NCBI GenBank assembly: GCA_937127245.1 | Contig: CAKZLU010000041.1 | Span: 9,824-73,823 of the forward strand | Direction of reading: 5' to 3' | DNA: 64,000 nt | DNA from: an uncultured Actinomycetes bacterium | GTDB taxonomy: Bacteria > Actinomycetota > Geothermincolia > Fen-727 > JACVIW01 | In this document: piece after piece, positions 29,474 to 37,950 of the stretch | Position numbering within the stretch: the first letter of the stretch is position 1 | Layout: every line of letters starts with the position of its first letter | Program-made: the position numbers and the translations under genes | The notes under the pieces: generated by a model | The model's input: the letters and a program-made list of their open reading frames with translations, nothing else | What the model was told of the DNA's origin: nothing | Databases searched by the model: none

Positions 29474-30772
29474 ATGAAATGCTATGTCAGAAACGTCGAA
29501 TCTCTCAGCGGCAAGGTTACTGTGCCTTTCGATAAGTCAATCTCACATCGGGCCGCGATCCTTTCAGCTTTGAGCGAAGGGAAGTGCATAGTGCGCGGTT
29601 ACAGCCAGTCACAAGATTGCGCGAGCACGCTCAGATGCATTCAGAAACTCGGCGTTAAAGTGTACAGTAAAGATGAAACCCTCGAAATTGTTGGTGCGGG
29701 TGCCAAAGGATTTTCAGCAAAAGGCATAACCCTCGATGCGGGGAACTCCGCAACTACAATGAGGCTTCTGTCGGGCGCCCTTGCTTCTATGGAAGGGGTC
29801 GAAATTACTTTTACCGGTGATGAAAGTCTTCTTCGTCGCCCAATGATGAGGATCATAGAACCGCTCAATTTGATGGGCGCGAAGATAATCGCATCGGGTG
29901 ATTCGGGTATCCCTCCGTTGAAGGTCAAAGGAGCGAAGCTTAAAGGAATAGATTATAGCCCCCCGGTCGCGAGCGCTCAAGTGAAATCAGCGATACTGAT
30001 TGCTGGTTTGAGGGCGGAGGGCAAAACTGTCGTCAGGGAGAAGGTGAAGACCAGGGACCATACCGAAAGAATGCTTCGGCATATGGGTGCAAAAATCATT
30101 GTCGATGGAAACAAGGTCACTGTAGAACCTTCTGTGTTGAAACCCGCAGAAATTGAGGTTCCTGGGGATTTTTCATCGGCCGCTTTTTTCATCTCTGCAG
30201 CGCTTATCACGCCCGGGTCTGAAATTGAGATATCTGACGTTGGACTTAACCCCACAAGGACCGGATTTCTCTCGCTTGTGGAGAGAATGAACGGAAGATG
30301 TACTTTGGAAATCTCTAATCCTGAGTATTTTGAGCCTACGGGCAGTATAAAAGCGTCGCACTCAAACTTGAAAGCTGTCGAAATAGGACCTGAGGATGTC
30401 GCAAAATCGATTGACGAGATACCACTTCTCGCGTTGCTTGCTTCTCAGGCAGAGGGTACAACAAGAATATGGGGAGCCGGCGAACTCAGACACAAGGAGT
30501 CAGACAGAATCAGCGTTACTGTGGAAGGGCTCAAGCGGATGGGGGCTCGAATCGAGGAGACCCCGGATGGAATGCTGATCCGGGGACCATCCAAGCTTAA
30601 CGGATGCGAGGTTTTCCCGCATAAAGACCACAGGCTTGCTATGATGTTTGCGGTGGCCGCTCTGGTGGCAAAAGGGACAACAGTCATAAATGACTGGGAG
30701 TGGACACGGGTTTCATTTCCGGATTTCGAATCCAGATTTTCCCCGCTGGGAGTTGAGGTGGAGACACTTTGA
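29474..30772 (+). CDS. aroA: 3-phosphoshikimate 1-carboxyvinyltransferase (EPSP synthase)
   Basis: KSISHRAAILSALSEGKCIVRG, LDAGNSATTMRLL and DHRLAMMFAVAAL are all EPSPS signatures. Confidence 0.95.
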   Translation: MKCYVRNVESLSGKVTVPFDKSISHRAAILSALSEGKCIVRGYSQSQDCASTLRCIQKLGVKVYSKDETLEIVGAGAKGFSAKGITLDAGNSATTMRLLSGALASMEGVEITFTGDESLLRRPMMRIIEPLNLMGAKIIASGDSGIPPLKVKGAKLKGIDYSPPVASAQVKSAILIAGLRAEGKTVVREKVKTRDHTERMLRHMGAKIIVDGNKVTVEPSVLKPAEIEVPGDFSSAAFFISAALITPGSEIEISDVGLNPTRTGFLSLVERMNGRCTLEISNPEYFEPTGSIKASHSNLKAVEIGPEDVAKSIDEIPLLALLASQAEGTTRIWGAGELRHKESDRISVTVEGLKRMGARIEETPDGMLIRGPSKLNGCEVFPHKDHRLAMMFAVAALVAKGTTVINDWEWTRVSFPDFESRFSPLGVEVETL

Positions 30773-31455
30773 GTAAGGGGTTTGTCATAACCATAGATGG
30801 TCCGGCGGCATCTGGAAAAAGTACGGTCGCGCGGCGTCTTGCATACGAGATGGGATTGCAGCTTTTGGACAGCGGCGCGATGTACAGGGCGGTGACGCTC
30901 CTTACTTTGGAGCGAGGAATTGGCATATCAGAGATAGAAAAACTCGCGTCCGTCGCCGAGCTGATTGGCAACAATTTAAGAATAGTAATGGAAAAAGGGG
31001 ACCGCGTGAGAATACTTTTCGGCTCAAGAGACATCACCGAAGAAATCAGAAGCGCCGATGTTGGGAAGTTCGTATCACCTGTCTCTGCCGTTCCGGAAGT
31101 GAGAGCCCAGATGGTCAGGGCACAGCGTAATATGGCTTTAGCTGGGGGAGTAGTTGCTGAGGGTCGGGATATGGGTTCAACCGTCTTTCCGGATGCGTGC
31201 GTGAAAATATTCTTGGACGCACTGAAGCAAGAAAGGGTCCGGAGAAGATACATTGAGCTTATAGAGAAAAGCAAAGATGTAACGATTGAGGAGGTCGAGA
31301 AAGAAATTGAGATGAGAGACTCAATCGACTCCTCGAGAAGCGCAAGTCCTTTGAGAATACCCGATGGCGCGATAATCATAGATACGACGAACATGACAGT
31401 AGAAGAGGTGATATCCTCGATAAAGCAAATATGTGCTAACAAAGGCTGCGGATGA
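30769..31455 (+). CDS. cmk: Cytidylate kinase
   Basis: ITIDGPAASGKSTVARRLA is the P-loop. TTG start overlapping the aroA stop, with a GAGGTGGA SD. Confidence 0.9.
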   Translation: MSKGFVITIDGPAASGKSTVARRLAYEMGLQLLDSGAMYRAVTLLTLERGIGISEIEKLASVAELIGNNLRIVMEKGDRVRILFGSRDITEEIRSADVGKFVSPVSAVPEVRAQMVRAQRNMALAGGVVAEGRDMGSTVFPDACVKIFLDALKQERVRRRYIELIEKSKDVTIEEVEKEIEMRDSIDSSRSASPLRIPDGAIIIDTTNMTVEEVISSIKQICANKGCG

Positions 31456-31476
31456 GCAAAAAACCGCAGTTTTGAT
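31446..31476 (+). terminator. Hairpin ctgcgg-N12-ccgcag + TTTTG at the cmk stop
   Basis: 6-bp stem seen in the sequence, followed by a short T-run. Confidence 0.4.
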
Positions 31477-31528
31477 GCCTTACCTTGAGGCATTAAGGTT
31501 AAAATTGCGGAATTCCAAATTTTGTACT

Positions 31529-31557
31529 TGAAAATCGTTTAATCTTATCGTATATTC
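31529..31557 (+). promoter_or_regulatory. Candidate sigma70-type promoter (TTGAAA-17-TATATT) for the trp leader/trpB2 transcript
   Basis: Hexamers with 17-nt spacing, about 10 nt upstream of the leader-peptide ATG. Confidence 0.3.
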
Positions 31558-31566
31558 TTTTTCACT

Positions 31567-31629
31567 ATGACCAAGAAATTGTTGGCAGGAAAGAAAATAC
31601 ACGATGTGTTCGGTTGGTGGTTCCCCTGA
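31567..31629 (+). CDS. Candidate Trp leader peptide (20 aa, MTKKLLAGKKIHDVFGWWFP) with tandem Trp codons
   Basis: ATG at 31567, TGG TGG at 31615-31620, TGA at 31627-31629. It sits about 130 nt upstream of trpB2 and is followed by alternative hairpins and terminators. The SD is weak. Confidence 0.5.
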   Translation: MTKKLLAGKKIHDVFGWWFP

Positions 31630-31658
31630 AGGGGGTTCCACAGGCTTTTGTTTTTTAA

Positions 31659-31699
31659 AGGCCGTGGGGCTCCTTAAAAGGATCGTCTGCGGCCTTTTT
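31659..31699 (+). terminator. Attenuator-type terminator hairpin aggccg ... cggcct + TTTTT
   Basis: 6-bp GC stem with an internally structured loop, followed by a T5 run. Its 5' arm overlaps a possible antiterminator pairing ccacaggc / gccgtgg. Confidence 0.45.
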
Positions 31700-31708
31700 A
31701 TATAAGAA

Positions 31709-31740
31709 GACCCGGTCGCGGACCGGGTCTTTAGTTTAAT
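31709..31740 (+). terminator. Perfect 9-bp hairpin gacccggtc-gcg-gaccgggtc followed by TTTAGTTTAAT
   Basis: Perfect inverted repeat seen directly, with a U-rich tail. It lies 20 nt upstream of the trpB2 SD. Confidence 0.5.
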
Positions 31741-31756
31741 AAAGGACAAGGAAAGG

Positions 31757-33076
31757 GTGATGGAAATGGCAGAGACGAGAGTCCCAACCAGAGTAATCCT
31801 CGAGGAGAAGGAGATGCCGGAGGCGTGGTACAACATTTGCGCGGATCTACCAGTACCTCTTCCGCCGCCCCTACATCCAGCCACAAAGGAGCCGTGCCGT
31901 CCCGAAGACCTTGCCCCGCTGTTTCCCATGGCGCTCATTGAGCAGGAGGTGAGCACTGAGAGGTTTATCGAGATTCCGGAAGAGGTAAAAGCGGTTTATC
32001 GGCTTTACCGACCCACGCCTCTTCAAAGAGCGCTAAGACTTGAGAAGGCTCTGGAGACTCCGGCCAAAATCTTCTACAAAAACGAGGCACTAAGCCCTGC
32101 CGGAAGTCATAAACCAAACACAGCGATAGCTCAGGCTTACTTCAACAAAAAAGAAGGCGTCAAGAAACTCACCACGGAAACCGGCGCGGGGCAATGGGGA
32201 AGCGCCCTTGCTCTCGGATGCAAGCTCTTCGGCCTGGAACTTGACGTATTCATGGTGAAAGTCAGCTACCATCAAAAGCCTTACAGAAGAACACTCATGG
32301 AGACGTGGGGAGCAAACGTTTACGCAAGTCCGACTGACAGAACTGAAGCAGGACGCGCGGTTCTAAGAGATGATCCCGATAGCCCTGGTAGTTTGGGGAT
32401 AGCTATCAGCGAGGCTGTCGAAGCCGCGATGGGGCGTGAGGATACGAAGTATTCGCTCGGAAGCGTTCTCAATCACGTTTGTCTGCACCAAACAATCGTC
32501 GGTCTTGAGGCAAATAAGCAGATGGAGAAGATAGGAGAATACCCTGATATAATCATAGGCTGCGTTGGCGGCGGAAGTAATTTCTCCGGAATCGTTTTCC
32601 CCTTCATGGCTGACAAGTTCGGCGGCAAGGATTTGAGGGCGATCGCGGTCGAGCCCGTTTCCTGTCCCACTCTCACGGAAGGGAAGTATGAGTACGATTT
32701 CGGAGATCAGGCTGAAACCACTCCGCTCATAAAGATGTACACTCTCGGTCACAAGTTCATTCCTTCGCCCATTCACGCGGGTGGGTTGCGCTATCATGGG
32801 GATGCCCCGATTCTTTCCCTTCTCGTTAAGGAGGGATATATCGAGGCGGTCGCTTACCCGCAGACCAAAATATTCGAGGCTGCCGTTCAGTTTGCGCGGA
32901 TAGAAGGTTTGGTGGTGGCGCCTGAGACTGCTCACGCGGTCAAGTGTGCGATTGACGAGGCGATAAAGTGCCGTGAATCGGGTGAAAGCAAGACTATTTT
33001 GTTCAACTTGAGCGGCCACGGATTGCTTGACCTTGGCGGTTATCAGGAGTTTCTTGACGGAAAATTGATTGACTGA
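31757..33076 (+). CDS. trpB: Tryptophan synthase beta-chain-like protein, TrpB2 type (stand-alone)
   Basis: [43 protein letters not shown] (PLP-lysine region) and GGGSNFSG. Length (439 aa) and the insertions are typical of TrpB2. The start is 31757 (GTG), or ATG 31760/31766. Confidence 0.9.
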   Translation: MMEMAETRVPTRVILEEKEMPEAWYNICADLPVPLPPPLHPATKEPCRPEDLAPLFPMALIEQEVSTERFIEIPEEVKAVYRLYRPTPLQRALRLEKALETPAKIFYKNEALSPAGSHKPNTAIAQAYFNKKEGVKKLTTETGAGQWGSALALGCKLFGLELDVFMVKVSYHQKPYRRTLMETWGANVYASPTDRTEAGRAVLRDDPDSPGSLGIAISEAVEAAMGREDTKYSLGSVLNHVCLHQTIVGLEANKQMEKIGEYPDIIIGCVGGGSNFSGIVFPFMADKFGGKDLRAIAVEPVSCPTLTEGKYEYDFGDQAETTPLIKMYTLGHKFIPSPIHAGGLRYHGDAPILSLLVKEGYIEAVAYPQTKIFEAAVQFARIEGLVVAPETAHAVKCAIDEAIKCRESGESKTILFNLSGHGLLDLGGYQEFLDGKLID

Positions 33077-33105
33077 TAATCAGAATAATCCATAGAGCCT
33101 TAACT

Positions 33106-33152
33106 CGGCACCCGACGCTTATATTTGCGCGCCCGGGTGCCGATATTTATAT
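33106..33152 (+). terminator. Hairpin cggcacccg-N19-cgggtgccg after trpB2
   Basis: 9-bp stem, followed by AT-rich atatttatatt. Confidence 0.35.
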
Positions 33153-33266
33153 TGAATGACTTGTGCCATCGCTCGTTTTTGACTGATTTGAAAAGCGGGC
33201 TTGGATAATGATTTCTTTTCGTCATAGCTATCGGTTAAAATTAATGTATACGGCAAAGAGAAACGT

Positions 33267-34028
33267 ATGAAACGTTGCCCTAATTGCGATGCAGAAAATT
33301 CAGACGATGCGACTTTTTGCAATCTGTGTTTGAGCGTTCTTGGATTTGAAAGCCCTGAATACGCAATTGTGGATAAAGGAAACGAGGGTTTTCTCACCGA
33401 GTACCCCTCAAGCTTCAAGATCGAGGCCGCACCGAATAAGCAACCTCAAACGAGAGCCCCATCGGAGGCTTACCATTTGGGGGGGTGGTCTCCATCTGAA
33501 TTTCATCCTCACGGAAATTTGAGGCCCCGTGGTCTGGCGGTAAGTTCGCCTGATGGTGCGCTCGCTTCCAAGACTATCTCGCAAGGTCGCTACGTGCCGA
33601 GAATCAGTGCTGAAAAGGTAATCCGCGATTGTGCGATCACCGCCCTTATCGCGACTGCGGTGTCAGTATTACTTGAATGGGTATTTTCCGCTTTGGGCTT
33701 TGGTGCTCTTCTGCGAGGTGAAATAACGCTCTCTCGTGTTTATTATCTTATTCCATTGATAATACCCGCTTTTGTATGCGGTTACGTTTCAGGCTACAGG
33801 ATTGAAAGATACGGTTGGCTATTCGGTGCCGTCACTGTTCTCATATGGTCATTGGTCTTCAGGCCTCTTGTTTATGGTGTTATAAGATGGATGGTCACAG
33901 GCGGTTTTGACATTATGGTTTCACTGTCCACAGCGAACCTCGTTCTCATAATCTGTTTGTTTTTGCCCACAGGCATTATAGCTGGTTGGCTCGGAGAGAA
34001 GAGAGCCACCACGGGTTTGGGTTTGTAA
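33267..34028 (+). CDS. Zinc-ribbon-containing membrane protein (hypothetical)
   Basis: The N-terminus has CPNCDAENSDDATFCNLC (CxxC...CxxC). The C-terminal half has 4-5 hydrophobic helices. Confidence 0.55.
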   Translation: MKRCPNCDAENSDDATFCNLCLSVLGFESPEYAIVDKGNEGFLTEYPSSFKIEAAPNKQPQTRAPSEAYHLGGWSPSEFHPHGNLRPRGLAVSSPDGALASKTISQGRYVPRISAEKVIRDCAITALIATAVSVLLEWVFSALGFGALLRGEITLSRVYYLIPLIIPAFVCGYVSGYRIERYGWLFGAVTVLIWSLVFRPLVYGVIRWMVTGGFDIMVSLSTANLVLIICLFLPTGIIAGWLGEKRATTGLGL

Positions 34029-34123
34029 GAGAGTTTCATAACCCTAAGGGAATCATCCAAATCCTATTGTTCGTCCATTTCTGTTAGAATTCATCCCTGG
34101 TATCTTCTTCCCGGAGGTAAGAA

Positions 34124-34387
34124 ATGCTTAGGATCCTTTCGATAGCTTTATTCTTTGCAAGAGAACCTCTCGTTCCATGGAGCAGCAAACTCACCTATGT
34201 GATGTTTGCCGGTCTGCTTATTGCCGTAATTTCGGGGACCTGGACAGGGGCTGTTGCGGCTCGCAAGAAGAGAAATTACCAGGCGTGGTTCATAATAGGT
34301 TTCTTCTTACCGATTATCGGTATACTAATAATCCAAGCGCTTCCAGCCTTGTCAGGAGAAAATGAAAAGAAGCAGAAAACGGACTGA
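34124..34387 (+). CDS. Small two-TM membrane protein (hypothetical)
   Basis: 87-aa ORF with two clear hydrophobic helices. Weak evidence. Confidence 0.4.
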   Translation: MLRILSIALFFAREPLVPWSSKLTYVMFAGLLIAVISGTWTGAVAARKKRNYQAWFIIGFFLPIIGILIIQALPALSGENEKKQKTD

Positions 34388-34469
34388 CTTCGCCACTCTG
34401 AACACGCCTGGGAGTTTCAGGTCTGCGGATGGTTTGCCCAAGAGAATAAAAGCAAAAGGCTCAGGTCTT

Positions 34470-34557
34470 TGGTGCCGAAGGCCGGATTCGAACCGGCACG
34501 GGGTTTTTCCCCACTGGTTTTTGAGACCAGCGCGTCTACCCATTCCGCCACTTCGGC
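34470..34557 (-). tRNA. tRNA-Leu (anticodon CAA), 88 nt with encoded CCA
   Basis: The reverse complement reads GCCGAAGTGGCGGAATGGGTAGACGCGCTGGTCTCAAAAACCAGTGGGGAAAAACCCCGTGCCGGTTCGAATCCGGCCTTCGGCACCA. It has a 7-bp acceptor stem, a Leu-type D-loop, anticodon loop CUCAAAA, a long variable arm (GGGG-AAAAA-CCCC) and a TTCGAAT T-loop. Confidence 0.9.
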
Positions 34558-34588
34558 TTAAGCGGTGGTATGTTTTTATCTGATGAAA

Positions 34589-34594
34589 ATTATA
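34589..34594 (-). promoter_or_regulatory. Perfect TATAAT -10 element on the minus strand, about 30 nt upstream of the tRNA-Leu 5' end
   Basis: The + strand reads attata at 34589-34594. There is no convincing -35. Confidence 0.3.
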
Positions 34595-34756
34595 CCAACG
34601 GCTGTGAATAAGTGTGAATAATCATGAGTGCCGCTTTCCATTTTTATTTTCCGATCGCATGTTGGCAACCTTTATCCGTTTTTGCGCTCAAATAAGGGTT
34701 ATATTTTATTATTGAAAAATGAGAGGCTTTCGCGGACATGTTCTAATTGTCAATCC

Positions 34757-34789
34757 AAAAAAGCGGTCCCGCATGAGACGATGTGCGGG
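34757..34789 (-). terminator. Minus-strand terminator-like hairpin (cccgca-N10-tgcggg then accgcTTTTTT) with no cognate upstream minus-strand gene
   Basis: Seen in the sequence. It lies in the polA-tRNA intergenic region; there is a 5-nt spacer between the stem and the T6 run. Confidence 0.3.
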
Positions 34790-34941
34790 CAACGGATTGT
34801 TCGGGACGCGCTTTGGGATCGACCTTTTGTTTGCTCGAAATCTCTGACCGTGATGCGACAGGCTGGATTTCAAAACGGCTGATAATTTTCATCGACTCGC
34901 ATATTTACAAAAACGTTGATTTTGAAAGGGTGAACGTTTAA

Positions 34942-37629
34942 ATGGGCAAGAACTACGTTTTGATTGACGGGCATGGATTAGCCTACAGGGCATTCTTCGC
35001 TTTGCCGCAAACTCTTACGACAACGGAAGGACAACCAACGAACGCCGTCTACGGTTTTATGAACATGCTTTTCAAGGTTATGACTGAGGAAGAACCTGAC
35101 GCTGTGATCGTGGCGTTGGACGGACCGCGGGCGGAACTTAAAAGGACAGCCGAATTTCCCGAGTATAAAGCGCAAAGACCCCCGATGCCCGATGAGTTGA
35201 GAAGCCAAATTTCGCTGATTGTCGAACTGCTTGAAGCGCTGGGAATTCCCGTTGTCCAACTTGAGGGTTACGAAGCTGACGACATCATTGGAACGCTCTC
35301 GAAAAAGATATCTGACTCAGAGGGGCAGGCGGTCATCGTCACCGGTGACAGGGACGCTCTTCAGCTTGTGGGAGAGCGTGTCAAAGTCTTATTGACCGAG
35401 AAGGGGATTTCAGAGGTAAAAGCTTATGGGGTAGAAAAGGTCATTAAGAAATATGGTGTCCCCCCCGAAAAGATTCCGGATATCGTCGGTCTAAAGGGAG
35501 ACCCTTCAGACAATATTCCCGGAGTACCGGGAATTGGCGATAAGGGAGCGCAGGAACTCATAAGCAAATTCGGCTCGCTTGAAGACCTTTATGAAAATCT
35601 TGACAAGATTGGCGGAGCGAAGAGAAGGGAGTCGATCGAAAACAACAGGGAAATGGCTTTTCTTTCGAGGAAGCTCGCCGTGATCGACCGCTGTGTTCCA
35701 ATTGACGTGGATCTCGATTCTTTGAGGCTCGGACAATGGGATAAGGAGAGCGTCATCGATAAGATGGACTCCCTCGAGTTCAAGTCGTTAATAAAGCGGT
35801 TTTTGGAATTCACGAAAGAAGCTGACCATGAAGACAGGACAACCGCAAAAGAAACAGTCGAGTTTGAAATCTTGGACGGAACCGACCCGGAGTGCAGAAA
35901 GGAGTTCCAGAAGGCTTTAGAGAATGAGATTCATATTAGCGTCTCGGGCAAGACCGAAAATAAGGGATACTGTGATATTCAGATAGAATCTATCGCTTTT
36001 TTTTCCGGGGATAAAGCCATTGTCATACCATTTGATGAGGATGATGAACAATCTATTGGTTTCGTAAAAAAGGTCCTTTCCTCTCATAACGAGAAGGTTG
36101 TGCACGACGGCAAAGGTATCATCGAGGCTCTTTCAAAAAAGGGTATCGAATTCTCCAACCTCGGCTTTGATACCGCAATAGCAGCGTATCTCTTAAACCC
36201 ATCGCTTGGTACCTATCATCTATGGAACCTCTGGGAAAACAATGTTGGAAAGCGACTTGCTGTCAGGGGAAGACAATATCCCGAACCGGAGCAGGCGAGC
36301 CTGCTTGATGTCAATCAGGTGCAAGACGTAACCCGTACCGCTTCTGAAGCCGTAAACATTTACTATTTGAGAAAACCTTTATGCCAGAAACTTCAGCAAG
36401 ATGCAATGCTTGATCTGTTTAAGGACATAGAGATGCCGCTCATGCTCGTGCTTGCGGACATGGAGAAGAACGGCGTGGCTGTTGATGCTGACATTTTAAA
36501 GAGCCTATCGGCGGAAGCCCAGAGTAGTCTTGAAGCTCTTGAGAAAGAGATATTCGAACTCGTGGGACATGAGTTTAACGTTGGTTCTCCGAAGCAGCTC
36601 GGGGAAGTGCTCTTCGAGGAGTTGGGTTTACCGCCGGTAAAGAAAACGAAGACTGGCTACTCGACAGATTCGTCGGTGCTGGAAACCTTAAAACCGTACC
36701 ACCCCGTGGCGGAAAAGATAATTGAACACAGGGAAATTTCTAAACTTAAATCAACTTATTTTGACGTTCTTCCCCAGCTTATTTGCCCGGCTACCGGCAG
36801 GATACACTGTTCTTTTAATCAAACGGCAACGGCCACCGGAAGAATATCATCGAGCAACCCGAATCTACAGAATATCCCTGTCAGGACTGAACTTGGCAAG
36901 AAAATAAGAAGGGCTTTCATCCCCGGAGAGGAAGGATGGAAACTGCTTGTGGCTGACTACTCCCAGATCGAGCTTAGAGTTCTTGCCCATATGTCCGAAG
37001 ACTCTCTTTTGCTTGAAGCCTTCGCGAGGGACGCTGATATTCATACCGAAACGGCCGCGAGCCTGTTCGGTGTGTCGACTGATCAGGTCACTCCTGAACT
37101 GCGCAGGATGGCTAAAGTGGTGAACTTCGGCGTTGTTTACGGGATGGGGTTTTACGGGCTTTCCTCGCGAATGGGAATGAGCAGAGAGGACGCAATGGAA
37201 TATATCAACAGGTATTTCCAGAAATACGAGGGGGTCAAGCGTTATCGGGAGAGGTGTATCCAGGAAGCGGCGGAAAAAGGCTACACGGAGACGCTCCTGG
37301 GAAGAAGACGTTACGTCAAGGAGCTTTCCAGTTCCAACAAACAAACGAGGGAACTCGGGGAAAGGCTCGCCATTAACACGCCGCTTCAGGGGACCGCCGC
37401 AGATATCATCAAGAAGGCGATGGTGGATGTCTCCGCAGAATTGAAGATGAGAAAGTTAAAAAGCAGAATGATTCTCCAGATCCATGATGAATTGATATTC
37501 GAGGTTAGTCCCGACGAGGCTGAAGAGCTCAAGGATATGGTATCGTCTCTCATGTCTTCAGTGCTTGACCTTCGCGTCCCTCTGAAAGTTGATCTTGGAA
37601 TTTACGACAATTGGGGAGAGGCAAAATAG
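34942..37629 (+). CDS. polA: DNA polymerase I
   Basis: 5'-nuclease domain (VLIDGHGLAYRAFFAL), a 3'-5' exonuclease-like middle, and polymerase motifs A (LLVADYSQIELRVLAHMS), B (RRMAKVVNFGVVYG) and C (LQIHDELIFEV). Confidence 0.95.
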   Translation: MGKNYVLIDGHGLAYRAFFALPQTLTTTEGQPTNAVYGFMNMLFKVMTEEEPDAVIVALDGPRAELKRTAEFPEYKAQRPPMPDELRSQISLIVELLEALGIPVVQLEGYEADDIIGTLSKKISDSEGQAVIVTGDRDALQLVGERVKVLLTEKGISEVKAYGVEKVIKKYGVPPEKIPDIVGLKGDPSDNIPGVPGIGDKGAQELISKFGSLEDLYENLDKIGGAKRRESIENNREMAFLSRKLAVIDRCVPIDVDLDSLRLGQWDKESVIDKMDSLEFKSLIKRFLEFTKEADHEDRTTAKETVEFEILDGTDPECRKEFQKALENEIHISVSGKTENKGYCDIQIESIAFFSGDKAIVIPFDEDDEQSIGFVKKVLSSHNEKVVHDGKGIIEALSKKGIEFSNLGFDTAIAAYLLNPSLGTYHLWNLWENNVGKRLAVRGRQYPEPEQASLLDVNQVQDVTRTASEAVNIYYLRKPLCQKLQQDAMLDLFKDIEMPLMLVLADMEKNGVAVDADILKSLSAEAQSSLEALEKEIFELVGHEFNVGSPKQLGEVLFEELGLPPVKKTKTGYSTDSSVLETLKPYHPVAEKIIEHREISKLKSTYFDVLPQLICPATGRIHCSFNQTATATGRISSSNPNLQNIPVRTELGKKIRRAFIPGEEGWKLLVADYSQIELRVLAHMSEDSLLLEAFARDADIHTETAASLFGVSTDQVTPELRRMAKVVNFGVVYGMGFYGLSSRMGMSREDAMEYINRYFQKYEGVKRYRERCIQEAAEKGYTETLLGRRRYVKELSSSNKQTRELGERLAINTPLQGTAADIIKKAMVDVSAELKMRKLKSRMILQIHDELIFEVSPDEAEELKDMVSSLMSSVLDLRVPLKVDLGIYDNWGEAK

Positions 37630-37950
37630 CCATAGAGTTTTCCGGGCGATTTATCTTGCCTTTGTGAAATCGGAAAGACCAATTAACGCTTGGAAACAGT
37701 TATCCCGGCTTCAGCGCTGCTGGATCTCATCCTTATTGTAAGTATAATCCGCCGAATCTTCTACATTTGAGCAAGGCTTCTATTAGGAAAAACCAGCTGT
37801 CAGAATGCTGCATTCCAAAGAAAAAGACGCTTCGAGTTTGCCAGGCTGCCCGTTGTCATACGTCCCCACTTTTCTTAAGTGTATAACCGTTCTGGTATGC
37901 TATCACTTGTAGTTATTAAGCAGTTATGCTAAACATAACATCACAAAAAA

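Noticed and set aside
31600-31640. T-box-like segment (ttggtggttcccc) upstream of trpB2.
   Set aside because: It matches the T-box consensus only partially (GGUGG) and there is no specifier-loop or antiterminator bulge architecture. The tandem Trp codons in a micro-ORF explain the sequence better (leader-peptide attenuation).
34362-34882. ORFs 34362-34583 (+) and 34628-34882 (+) in the tRNA-Leu / polA intergenic region.
   Set aside because: The first overlaps the tRNA-Leu gene on the opposite strand. The second lacks an RBS and has an odd composition. I treat both as non-coding, but see the finding on a possible sRNA here.
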